Positions 46,864 to 57,500 of a DNA stretch of 64,000 bases are shown here, piece by piece. A model generated the notes under the pieces. The model was not told the origin of the DNA and made no database searches. It saw only the letters and a program-made list of their open reading frames with translations. The DNA lies in the NCBI GenBank assembly GCA_041658645.1, contig JBAZZV010000004.1:112552-176551 (forward strand), written 5' to 3'. The stretch is from Candidatus Margulisiibacteriota bacterium. Its GTDB lineage: Bacteria; Margulisbacteria; WOR-1; O2-12-FULL-45-9; XYB2-FULL-48-7. The position numbers and the translations under genes are program-made. Numbering within the stretch: position 1 is the first letter of the stretch; the number at the start of each line of letters is the position of its first letter.

Positions 46864-46917
46864 GTAGCGGCGGTCTTTAGACCGCCATTTGGATGGCGAC
46901 CTGAAGGTCGCCGCTAC
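46864..46917. repeat. Double-hairpin GTAG...CTAC palindromic element, copy 2
   Basis: Sequence is GTAGCGGCGGTCTTTAGACCGCCATTTGGATGGCGACCTGAAGGTCGCCGCTAC. It is near-identical to 609..661 and in the same orientation. Confidence 0.9.
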
Positions 46918-46969
46918 ATTTCGGAACCGATCGTTGCAAGGTGAATAAAGGCCGCCATTTAGGAGCAGC

Positions 46970-47431
46970 ATGAAAAGACCAAGTTGGGACGACTATTTCC
47001 TCAAGATCACGGCTGACGTGGCCGAGCGGGCGACCTGCGTTAAGCGGCAGGTCGGCGCGATCATTGTTAAGGACCACCGGATACTCTCTTCCGGTTATAA
47101 CGGCGCCCCCAAAGGTTTTGACCATTGCACGGATGAGACCTGCATCCGCAAGCAGATGAACGTCCCTTCCGGCCAGCGGCACGAGCTCTGCCGCGGCCTG
47201 CACGCCGAACAGAACGCGATCATCCAGGCCGCCTGGCACGGCGTCAAGATCGAGGGGGGGACTCTCTATTGCAACTATCAGCCGTGCGTCATCTGTGTTA
47301 AAATGATGATCAACGCCGGGATCGTACGGGTCGTCTATGCCGGCGGTTATCCCGACGAGTTGGCCCAAGAAATGCTCAAAGCTTCGGACATGGAGGTTGT
47401 GAAATATGAGAGTAGGTTATCTCGGTCCTGA
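46970..47431 (+). CDS. dCMP deaminase (ComEB-type)
   Basis: 153 aa with the zinc motifs HAEQNAI and PCVICVKMMINAGI. Confidence 0.9.
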   Translation: MKRPSWDDYFLKITADVAERATCVKRQVGAIIVKDHRILSSGYNGAPKGFDHCTDETCIRKQMNVPSGQRHELCRGLHAEQNAIIQAAWHGVKIEGGTLYCNYQPCVICVKMMINAGIVRVVYAGGYPDELAQEMLKASDMEVVKYESRLSRS

Positions 47432-48269
47432 AGGGACTTTTTCCGAAGAAGCGGGGAAGGTCTATCTCCGCCGCTTAGAGGGGAAGACCGAACTCTTTCC
47501 TTTTAGTACTATCCACAGCCTGTTGCTGGCCGCGCAGCACGGCAAGGTAGTTGAAGCCGTTGCCCCGATCGAGAACTCGATAGAAGGGACTATCTCCGCT
47601 GTGACCGATATGCTGGCCAAAGAGGTCTCGCTGGTCATCAGACAGGAATTGGTCCTGCCGGTCTACCATTACCTGATCGCCCAGAAGGGAGTCAAGCTGA
47701 ACCAGGTCACCGATGTGATCTCTAACCCGCCCGCTCTTGACCAATGCAAAGATTTTATCCGCCGCCAGCTTCCCCACGCTAAACTCCATCTCTCCTACAG
47801 CACGGCTGATGCCGTTAAACAGGTCGCTTTTTCTCTGGGGGAGAGGGTCATCTCGCATGGCAAGGTCAAGGGGAGTGTCTTCGCGGCGATCGGGACCGCG
47901 GCCTCGGCGAGGCTTTACGGCTTGAGCGTGGTGGCCAGAAAGATCAATGCCCATGATAATCAGACCCGTTTTATCGTCCTGGCCAAAAAAGACCATCCGC
48001 GGACCGGCCGGGATAAGACCTCAATAGTATTTTCCATTGCCGCGGACCGGCCGGGCGGTCTGCATGATGTTTTGAGCGAATTTGCCATCCGTGACATCAA
48101 CCTGACCAAGATCGAATCGCGCCCGTCAAAACGGGCGTTAGGTGACTACTATTTCTTTGTCGATATGCAGGGGCACCGCGAGGACAAGGTCATTGCCGAC
48201 GCCCTGCGCGAGATCAAGCGCAAGGCCTCTTTCCTCCGGCTGCTCGGCTCCTACCCGAGGGCGAAGTAA
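47406..48269 (+). CDS. pheA: Prephenate dehydratase (PDT + ACT domains, no chorismate mutase domain)
   Basis: 287 aa with YLGPEGTFSEEA, NQTRFIVL and the ESRPS motif IESRPSK. Confidence 0.9.
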   Translation: MRVGYLGPEGTFSEEAGKVYLRRLEGKTELFPFSTIHSLLLAAQHGKVVEAVAPIENSIEGTISAVTDMLAKEVSLVIRQELVLPVYHYLIAQKGVKLNQVTDVISNPPALDQCKDFIRRQLPHAKLHLSYSTADAVKQVAFSLGERVISHGKVKGSVFAAIGTAASARLYGLSVVARKINAHDNQTRFIVLAKKDHPRTGRDKTSIVFSIAADRPGGLHDVLSEFAIRDINLTKIESRPSKRALGDYYFFVDMQGHREDKVIADALREIKRKASFLRLLGSYPRAK

Positions 48270-48270
48270 C

Positions 48271-48513
48271 ATGGCGGAAGAGCGATCAGGTCTGCTGGAA
48301 GGGATGCTGGTCGGCGGTTTGCTTGGGCTGGCGGTGGGGGTCTTGTTCGCCCCGGCGGCCGGCGAGAAGAGCCGGGCGTTCCTGAAGGCGAAACTGGAAG
48401 AGGCCGGCCTGGAAGGGCTGGTCGATAAATTCTCGGAAGCACTGACGGCCGGCCAGGCGGAAGTCGACCGGGCCTTGCAAGAAGACGAGATGACGGAAGG
48501 GGAGGGAGTTTAA
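48271..48513 (+). CDS. YtxH-domain small membrane-associated protein
   Basis: I trimmed track ORF 48142 to ATG 48271. Pattern is GLLGLAVGVLFAPAAGEKSRAFLKAKLEE. Confidence 0.75.
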   Translation: MAEERSGLLEGMLVGGLLGLAVGVLFAPAAGEKSRAFLKAKLEEAGLEGLVDKFSEALTAGQAEVDRALQEDEMTEGEGV

Positions 48514-48514
48514 T

Positions 48515-48790
48515 ATGCAGTTGTATCTGATCAATATCCTGTTCTTCTGCCTGATCCTGTTGGTACTGGCCTTGACCGTGGGGGCCGTGCAGCTGGTCAT
48601 TATCCTGGTCGATGTTCGGAAGACCTCGAGCGAGATCAGCAGCAAAGTCCGGATGGTCGCTTCGCTCTTTGATATCGTGACGATGGTCGTCGGTGGGCTG
48701 GGTTCGGCTAAGCGGAAAATGAACGATTCTTCCCTGGCCGCTTTTGCCGCCGGGCTAAAGAAGTCTTTCGAAGTCCTGTTCAAAAAATAA
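48515..48790 (+). CDS. DUF948-like single-pass membrane protein
   Basis: 91 aa with an N-terminal TM helix followed by a helical region, flanked by two YtxH genes. Confidence 0.65.
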   Translation: MQLYLINILFFCLILLVLALTVGAVQLVIILVDVRKTSSEISSKVRMVASLFDIVTMVVGGLGSAKRKMNDSSLAAFAAGLKKSFEVLFKK

Positions 48791-48803
48791 GGGAGGAAAT
48801 GAA

Positions 48804-48986
48804 ATGGGAAAAATGAGCGGTTGGTTAAAGACCCTGACTTTCGGTGGTTTGCTCGGTTTGGTTGCCGGGTTGTTGTTCGCCCCGACCAAAGGTGAAGAGA
48901 CCCGTGAAAAACTGCAGGGCGCCCTGGCCAAAGGTAAAGAGAAGTTCCAGGAGATCAAGGGCGATTTAACGAAGAAGGACAACTAA
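48804..48986 (+). CDS. YtxH-domain small protein
   Basis: 60 aa with GGLLGLVAGLLFAPTKGEETREKLQ. Confidence 0.75.
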   Translation: MGKMSGWLKTLTFGGLLGLVAGLLFAPTKGEETREKLQGALAKGKEKFQEIKGDLTKKDN

Positions 48987-48997
48987 CTCTTTTTGTT

Positions 48998-50620
48998 ATG
49001 GCTCAACAGCGACTGGCGCAACTTGTTCGGGCGGCGCTGGCAGCCCTCGGCGTACCAGAGCCGCTCCCCTTTAAGGTCGAGAGCTCCCCGCGCAAGGAGT
49101 ACGGCGATTATGCCGTCAACGCGGCGATCATCGGCGCGAAGAAGTTTTCCCGCAATCCTCTGGAGCTGGCTGCCGAGCTGTCGGCCAAGATCAAGGAATT
49201 GGATGCCGGCCAGCTCATCGCCAAACTTGATATAGTCAAACCCGGCTTTATCAATATTTTCCTCAAAGACGCTTACCTGCAACAAAATCTTTGCCAGATT
49301 ATTGAACAGGACCATAACTATGGGATGGGAAAGCGACTGACGATTGACGACGGACGACCGATGACTGTTTTGCTCGAGTTTGTTTCAGCCAACCCAACAG
49401 GACCCCTCCACGTCGGCCACGGCCGCTGGGCGGTGGTCGGCGACGTGATCGCCCGGCTCCTGCGGGCCGATGGCTGGGCGGTCAGTACCGAATTCTACGT
49501 CAATAATGTCGGCAATCAGGTCGAGAAACTCTGGCTCTCCGTCCAGGCGGCCCGGGCCGGCCAGCCTGTTCCGGAGGGGGGCTATGGCGGAGTTTATATC
49601 AAAGACGTCGAGGGGGAGACCAAGGCAGAAGCCCTGGCTTCGATCCTGGCCGGGCAGAAGCAGGCGCTGGCCCAGGTCGGGGTAAGTTTTGATAATTTCT
49701 TTTTTGAAAATACATTACATGATGCTGGCAAGGTCCGCGGAGCGGTCAAACAGTTAGAGGTGATGGGGAAGACGGTCATCGAGGGTGGGGCGGTCTGGTT
49801 TAAATCGCAGGAGATGGGGGACGACAAGAACCGGGTCCTGATCAAGGAAGACGGACTGTCGACCTATTTTGCCGCCGACATCGCTTATCATCTCGATAAG
49901 TTCCAGCGCGGTTTCCACCGGCTGATCAACATCTGGGGAGCCGACCACCACGGTTACGTCAAACGGTTGAAGGCGGCGCTCCAGGCGCTTGGCCTGCCGG
50001 TCGAGAACTTCGATATTATCATCGGCCAGCTGGTCACGCTCTACCGGGGGGAGGAGCCGGTCAGGATGTCGAAGCGGACCGGCGAAATGGTCACCCTCCA
50101 GGAAGTGCTCGATGAGGTCGGCTCGGACGCGACCCGGTTCTTCTTCGCGGCGACCGACGTTAACTCCCATCTTGATTTTGACCTAGAACTGGCCAAGAAA
50201 AAATCGAACGATAATCCGGTCTACTACGTCCAGTACGCGCACGCGAGGATTTGCAGTATCCTGAAGAAATCCGCCTCACCCCCTTCCGTCCCCCTCTCCA
50301 TCAAAGATGGAGAGGGGGAAACTCCGACGATAGTCGGAGAGGGGGTGAGGATTGATCTATCCGCATTGAAGCATCCGGCTGAGCGAGAACTAATGCTTAA
50401 GCTGTTAACCTGGCCAGAGATGGTTAGCCTGGCCGCGCGACTGCGCCAGCCGCACCGGATCACCGAATATGGCAAGGAGCTGGCGATCGTTTTTCACCAC
50501 TTTTACGAGCAGTGCCGCGTGCTGGGTGATCCGTCGAGAATAGTGCTGGTAAATGCTTCTCGAATCACCCTCCGGAATGTGTTAGAATTACTGGGAATAA
50601 CGGCCCCGGAATCAATGTAG
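48998..50620 (+). CDS. argS: Arginine--tRNA ligase
   Basis: 540 aa with SANPTGPLHVGHGR (HIGH), the MSKR-type KMSKS motif VRMSKRTG, and a DALR anticodon-binding domain. Confidence 0.96.
   Translation: MAQQRLAQLVRAALAALGVPEPLPFKVESSPRKEYGDYAVNAAIIGAKKFSRNPLELAAELSAKIKELDAGQLIAKLDIVKPGFINIFLKDAYLQQNLCQIIEQDHNYGMGKRLTIDDGRPMTVLLEFVSANPTGPLHVGHGRWAVVGDVIARLLRADGWAVSTEFYVNNVGNQVEKLWLSVQAARAGQPVPEGGYGGVYIKDVEGETKAEALASILAGQKQALAQVGVSFDNFFFENTLHDAGKVRGAVKQLEVMGKTVIEGGAVWFKSQEMGDDKNRVLIKEDGLSTYFAADIAYHLDKFQRGFHRLINIWGADHHGYVKRLKAALQALGLPVENFDIIIGQLVTLYRGEEPVRMSKRTGEMVTLQEVLDEVGSDATRFFFAATDVNSHLDFDLELAKKKSNDNPVYYVQYAHARICSILKKSASPPSVPLSIKDGEGETPTIVGEGVRIDLSALKHPAERELMLKLLTWPEMVSLAARLRQPHRITEYGKELAIVFHHFYEQCRVLGDPSRIVLVNASRITLRNVLELLGITAPESM
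50274..50350. repeat. Nested-palindrome element inserted in frame in argS
   Basis: It has arms CCTCACCCCC / GGGGGTGAGG and inner hairpins CCCCCTCTCCAT/ATGGAGAGGGGG and CTCCGAC/GTCGGAG. It encodes ASPPSVPLSIKDGEGETPTIVGEGVR. Confidence 0.85.
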
Positions 50621-50640
50621 CGGAGCGGAGGGTCCCGGCA

Positions 50641-51555
50641 ATGAAATACGCGTTTTTTAAAGATAAAATAGTCCCGTTTAGCGAAGCCAAGATCGGTATC
50701 ATGACCCACGCTTTTAACTACGGGACCGGCGTCTTCGAAGGGATCCGCGGCTACTGGAACGCCGAAAAGAGCCAGATGTATATCGTCAAGCTGCGGGAGC
50801 ATTATGAGCGGCTGGAACGATCGACGAAACTGGCGCTGAAAAGCACGCTTAAATACTCCCTCTCGGAACTGGAAAACATCACCGTCGAACTGGCGAGAAA
50901 AAACGACTATCGCGAGGACATTTATCTCCGCCCGATCTATTATAAATCACAGGAAAAGATCGGTCTGGGGCTGATCGGCGTAGAAGAGGATTTCTGCCTC
51001 TTTGTTTCGCCCTTCGGCGCTTATCTCGACATAACCAAGGGGATCAGGGTCTGCGTTTCCTCCTGGTGGCGGATCTCCGAAAAGTCGGCGCCGCAGGGGG
51101 CCAAGATCACCGGCAGTTACTTTAATTCTTCGCTGGCCAAGGCGGAAGCGCTGGAAAAGGGTTTTGACGAAGCGATCCTCCTGTCGCACGAAAAGACCGT
51201 GGCCGAGGGGTCGGGCGAAAACCTATTTATGGTTAAGAATGGACAACTGGTTACCCCGCCGCTTTCGGAAACGATCCTCCCCGGCATTACTCGGGTTTGT
51301 GTCATGACCCTGGCGGCCAAGGAGCTGGGAATCAAGACGGTAGAACGGCAGGTGAAGCAGGCTGAACTGTACACGGCCGATGAGCTCTTTTTCTGCGGCA
51401 CCGGCGCCCAGATCTCGCCGATCGTTGATGTCGACGGCAAAAAGATCGGCGACGGTAAGCCCGGTTCGATCACGCGGAAATTACAGAAAATTTATTTTGC
51501 CGCGGCGCGCGGCGATAATCCCAAATACGCCGATTGGGTTACGCCGGTTTATTAG
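50641..51555 (+). CDS. ilvE: Branched-chain amino acid aminotransferase (fold type IV)
   Basis: 304 aa with GVFEGIRGY, a Lys-region pattern containing KITGSYFNS, EGSGENLF and PGITR. Confidence 0.9.
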   Translation: MKYAFFKDKIVPFSEAKIGIMTHAFNYGTGVFEGIRGYWNAEKSQMYIVKLREHYERLERSTKLALKSTLKYSLSELENITVELARKNDYREDIYLRPIYYKSQEKIGLGLIGVEEDFCLFVSPFGAYLDITKGIRVCVSSWWRISEKSAPQGAKITGSYFNSSLAKAEALEKGFDEAILLSHEKTVAEGSGENLFMVKNGQLVTPPLSETILPGITRVCVMTLAAKELGIKTVERQVKQAELYTADELFFCGTGAQISPIVDVDGKKIGDGKPGSITRKLQKIYFAAARGDNPKYADWVTPVY

Positions 51556-51595
51556 TTACCGGCCGTTTTCTTAGGTCGTGGGCAAAGATTTCTTT

Positions 51596-54500
51596 ATGAG
51601 AAGCATAATAATTTTTGGGCTTTTGATCTTTTCTCTTTTTGGACCGGCCTATGCAGCTGCCGATTATTATGTCGACCCCGCCGGTTCAAATTCTAATGAC
51701 GGCTTGACCGCCGGCACGGCCTGGAAAAACCTGACCTATGCGGCGACCATGTCGGCGGTCGGCGACACCATTCACGCGGCGGCCGGGACGTATAATGCGG
51801 CGCTCGGTGAAGTTTTTCCGATAACTGTAGCCAACCGCACAATAACCTCAAGTGCCTCGAACCTGGCGACGATCGATGCTGGTAGTTCAGATAATAATAT
51901 GCTCAACGTCGGGGCAAATACCACACTAGAGGGCCTGACGATCAAGAAAACCTCGACTAACAACTACGCGGTGAATGTGACGGGTGCCAACGTCCAATTA
52001 TTGACCAGTATCGTTTCGGGAGGAGCCAGTTCCCTCTATTTAACCAGCGGTGCCGATTACTGTCTGGTCCAGGGTAATGCCATCAATAATTGCGGTAGTA
52101 ATGTTTACTATCCGATTTATGCGGCCAGCGGAGCTGATTATTTGATCTTCAGGAACAATACTATAACTAATTCATATGGCAATAGTTCTGCGACCGGTAT
52201 TTACCTGATAGGAATTTCATATGCCACGATCGAAGGCAATACGATAACGGCTGACAACGGTATTTACATGTCTGGTACCTGTACCGGCTTTGATATTAAG
52301 ACCAATAAATTGATCGGCTACAGCAATAATACCAATGCTTACGCTGGTATAATAACCAGGGGGAACGGGGCAATAACCTCGAACGAGGTGCGGGGCTATC
52401 TGAACACAGGTGTCGGCAGCATCTATATCACCGGCGGTAATGATCCGGTCACGATCAGCAAGAATACGATCGTCGATAACGCTGTCGGTATCCGTAATGT
52501 TTCTAGCGGGGCGGTAACGGTCAAGAATAATATCATCGCCGGCCGGACAAGACCGGGGAAATATTATGATAACAGCGTCGGCCTTTACAATAACACTTCA
52601 AACGGTTCGATCAACAGCTCGTACAACCAATTATTCAATGTCGAAACGGGTTATTACGTGGCTTATGGGACGATCAACGGGCGGACGAATGATGCGACGG
52701 CCTGCCCGCGCTTTGCCAACCCGGACGCGAACAATTATTTACTTTGCACCGACTCGCCGTGTTTGAACAGCGCCGATCCGGCCGACGGGGGTAACCGGGG
52801 CGCCTACGGTGGCGCCGCGGCCAGTTCGGGGATAGTCGCCGTCTCCTACGTCAGCAACAGCGGGAATGATTCGACCGGGGACGGCAGTCTGGGCAGTCCC
52901 TGGAAGACGATCGCCAAGGCGCTGGGCTCGACCGAAGGGACGGTGTACGTGAGGGGCGGGACGTATAACGCGGCGGCGGGCGAGACCTTTCCGTTGACTT
53001 TGGAAGTGAGCCAGGGCTTGAAGCAGTACCTGACGGAGGCGGCGACGATCGATTCGGCGGCCGCGACTGTCTCGACAGTCATGCTGGGGACGGGCGCGAC
53101 GCTGGACGGCATCGCGATCAATAACACTGCGAGCGGGGATTATTATGATGTAAGCATACTCGGGCCTTATTGTCAGGTCTTGAACAGCACTCTGACCAAA
53201 ACCAACGGCTCCGCGATTTATATAAACGGATCGGCCTCCCAACTGTCGGACGGCTCCGACAACTGCCTGGTGCAGGGGAACACGATCACCTACGGCGGGT
53301 GGTACTATCCGATCTATGCGGCCGGCGGGGCTGATTATTTGATCTTCAAGAACAATACGATAACAAACTCATACGCCGGCGTTTATTCGAACGGCATTTA
53401 CTTGGCCGGTAACAGCAATTCTTATACCACGATCGAGAGCAATACGATAATGGCTGATGTCGGTATTGGCATGGCCTACACCTGCAGTAATTTTGATATT
53501 AAGACTAATAAATTGATCGGTTACAGCAGCAATACCAATGCCGCCACGGGTATCCAAGTTAATGGGACCGGGACAATCATTTCGAACGAAGTGCGGGGCT
53601 ATCTGAACACCGGTTACGGGGGCATCCATTTTACCGGCGGCGGGCCGATCACGATCAGCAAGAACACGATCGTCAATAACGCGGTAGGGGTCCGCAACGT
53701 TTCCAACGGGGTGGCGACGGTCAAGAATAATATCATCGCCGGCCGGACAAGGCCGGGGAAATATTATGATAACAGCGTCGGTATTCTTAATGCCGCGTCC
53801 GGCATGACCAACAGTTCGTACAACCAGTTGTACAATGTTGAAATGGCTTATTATATTGTTTCTACCGGCACGATCAACGGGCGGACGAACGACGCGACGG
53901 CCTGCCCGCGCTTTGTCAACCCGGACGCGAACAATTATTTACTTTGCACCGACTCGCCGTGTTTGAACAGCGCCGATCCGGCCGACGGGGGTAACCGGGG
54001 CGCCTACGGTGGCGCCGCGGCCAGTTCGGGGATAGTCGCCGCATCCTACGTCAGCAACAGCGGGAATGATTCGACCGGCGACGGCAGTCTGGGCAGTCCC
54101 TGGAAGACGATCTTCAAAGCGCTGGGCTCGACCGAAGGGACGGTGTACGTGAGGGGCGGGACGTACAACGCGGCGGCAGGAGAGACCTTCCCGTTGACTT
54201 TGGAAGTAAGCAAGGGATTGAGGCGGTACCTGACGGAGGTAGTGACGATCGATTCGGCGGCCGCGGCTGTGACGACGGTCATGCTGGGGACGGGCGCGAC
54301 GCTGGACGGCATCGCGATCAATAACACTGCGAGCGGGGATTATTATGATGTAAGCATACTTGGGCCTTATTGTCAGGTCTTGAACAGCACTCTGACCAAA
54401 ACCAACGGCTCCGCGATTTATATAAACGGATCGGTCTACCAACTGTCGGACGGCCCCGACAACTGTCTGGTCCAGGGGAACACGATCACCTACGGCGGGT

Positions 54501-57500
54501 GGTACTATCCGATCTACGCGGTCGGCGGGGCCGATTATTTGATCTTCAGGAACAATACGATAACGAATTCATACGCCGGCGTTTATTCGAACGGCATTTA
54601 CTTAGTCGGCAACAGCAGTTCTTACGTCACGATCGAAGGCAATACGATAACGGCTGATGTTGGTATTGGCATGGCCAACACCTGCAGTAATTTTGATATT
54701 AAGACCAATAAATTGATCGGTTACAGCAGCAATACCAATGCCGCCGCAGGTGTCCAAGCTTACGGGAGCGGGACAATAACCTCGAACGAAGTGCGGGGCT
54801 ATTTGAACACCGGTTACGGCGGCATCTATATGGTCAGCGGCAATCCGATCATCAAGAAGAACACGATCGTCAAAAATGTTATTGGTATACGAATTGTCGG
54901 CGGCACGGCCACGAGTGAAAATAATATAATAATAAACAAACCGACCGGCGGGGCTCCCGATGCCGGCAGTTACGGCATCAAGCGGGTTGGCGGCACCATT
55001 ACGTCATTATACGACGATGTCTGGAATAATGAGACCAGTTGGTCGCCGGCGACAATTTCGGGGGTTGGGACCATCTCGGCGGATGCCGTGTTCGTTGACC
55101 CGACAAATAATGATTTTCATCTTCAAGGCAGCTCTCCCTGCATCGATGCCGGAGATCCAACGTCTCCGCTCGATCCCGACGGCAGCCGCGCCGACATGGG
55201 AGCTTACTCTTATTACCAAACCGATTTTACCGGGCCGGCAGTCGAAGTTACCTCACCGGTCGGCGGGGAAAAGTGGCAAGGTGGATCGTCTCAAAATATA
55301 ACCTGGACCCTTTCTGATTCGAGCGGCATTAAGGCAAACTCCGTTAATATTTATTATTCGACCGATAGCGGGGCAACTTATCCGAACACGATCGCGACCG
55401 GCGTCGCTACCAATGCGGCCTACCCCTGGAATCCGGTGCCGAGTTTGGACTCGTCGATCGTCAGGGTCAGGGTCACGGCCCAGGACAATTCGGCTGCCCA
55501 TAGTACAGGAACAGGAGAAAGCGCGGCGAATTTCACGATCGACTCAACGGCGCCGAGCGCGCCGACGCTGTCAACCCCGGCGAATAACAGTTATGCTACA
55601 AGCCCCACGCCAACTTTTACCTGGCAGGCGGCGACTGATAGCGGCTCGGGAGTGGGCAGCTATGAAATAACGATCGATTCGACGGTGACGACGCAGGGGG
55701 CGACAACGACTTACACGCCCGGGACGGTACTTTCGGAAGGCGCTCATGCCTGGAAGGTGAGAGCCAAAGATGCGGTTGGCAATTGGGGCGCATTTTCGTC
55801 CACCTGGATCGTGACGGTCGATGTAACCGCGCCGAGCGCTCCGACACTGTCGACCCCGGCGAATAACAGTTACGCTACAAGCACTACGCCGACTTTTACC
55901 TGGCAGGCGGCGACGGACAGCGGTTCAGGTGTTGGCAGTTACGAAATAACGATCGATACGACGGTGGCGACCCAGGGAGTGACAACGACTTATACGCCCG
56001 GGACGGCGCTGTCGGAAGCCGCCCATACCTGGAAGGTGAGAGCGAAGGACGTAGCCGGCAACTGGGGCGCCTTTTCGTCCACCTGGACGGTGACGGTCGA
56101 TGCGACCGCGCCGAGTGCGCCGACACTTGTAACCCCGGCCAATGGCGCTTCTGTCGCGACACCTACGCCGACCCTGACCTGGGAAGCGGCAACGGATAGC
56201 GGTTCAGGCATAGGGAGTTATGAAGTTACGATCGACACGACAGCGGCAACTCAAGGGGCGACAACGAGTTACACTACTCCTATTTTGACCGAAGCCGCGC
56301 ATACCTGGAAGGTGAGAGCGAAGGACATAGCTGGCAACTGGGGGGGCTTTTCTTCCACTTTCGGTTTGACTGTCGACCTGACCGGGCCGGGGATCACGGG
56401 CATCACATTAAAGGACATAACAAGTGAAAGCACGCGTTATACCAATTTGCCGATAATTACGGTCGAAGCCGCCGGGACCAGCGGCTCGCCGGCGCAGATG
56501 CGCCTGGCGGAAAACACCGGCTTTTCGACCAATGATTCCGGCTGGCTGGCCTATGTTAATCCAACGCGATATTCTCTGACGGCCGGAGATGGCGGCAAAA
56601 CCGTTTACTACAAATTGCGGGACAATGTTTCAAATGAAAGTGTAGTGGTGACAGCCGGTATCACCCTGGATTCAACGGGCCCGGGCGCGCCGGTCTTAGT
56701 TACGCCGGCAAATGGTGACACGACAATCGAAACGACGCCAACTTACAGCTGGAGTGCGGCGACCGACGCGTTAAGCGGAGTTATCAGTTATGAGATCAAG
56801 GTTGATACGACTGCGACTACCCTTGGGGCGGTAACAAGCTATGTCCAGCCGACGGCACTGTCGCTGGCCGCTCATACATGGCAGGTGAAGGCGAAAGACG
56901 GTGCGGGCAACTGGGGCGATTACAGCGGTTCGTGGAGCTTTACTGTTGTTACTGCAACCACCACAACCACTACTACAACTACCACTACGACAACGGCCAC
57001 CACAACGACGACAACTGTTGCGGGAGCAACCACGACTACCACTACCACAACAACTACGGTTGCCGACACGACTGCGCCCACAGTCGTGGTCAATATCGAG
57101 GGTGTTGCAGTCAAGGATGGCGATCATATCGGCAAACAGCCGACTTTTGAAATCACGCTTAATGATAATCTGGCGCTGGATACTTCTTCGATCAAGGTCT
57201 GGCTTGACGGGAACATTGTTTCGTCGGCTAAAGCGACGGCGGCTACGTCCGTTACCAGCACAAAGCTGCAGATCAAACCGACGACCGAGCTAGCGGACGG
57301 CTCCCACACTTTGAGGATCGAGACCAAAGACATGGCCGGCAATCAAGTTGTTAAGGCATTTACCTTGCTGGTCTCTTATGAGAGCGCGGCCAAGGTGCTG
57401 GGGAATGTCACGGTCTCGACTCCGGTCTTTTCGCCGGCCAAGGATCAAACAATGTCAATGGCTTTTAATCTGACCAAGGATGTGAACACGATGTTTTTGA

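Noticed and set aside
48142-48270. Upstream extension of the YtxH ORF. Similar extensions are 39346..39381 for murD and 51578..51595 for the giant protein.
   Set aside because: The extensions overlap the preceding gene or lack sense. Internal ATGs give canonical N termini (MAEER..., MDLKGKRV..., MRSIIIFGLL...).
52739-54442. Duplicated 167-aa minus-strand ORFs (52739..53242 and 53939..54442) as paralogous genes.
   Set aside because: They are antisense images of the 1,200-nt tandem repeat inside the giant plus-strand gene, not independent genes.
56920-57114. Minus-strand ORF encoding poly-Val (VVVVV...), and plus-frame ORFs 56878..57150 and 56901..57293.
   Set aside because: These are frame and strand artefacts of the ACN-rich poly-Thr coding tract of the giant gene.
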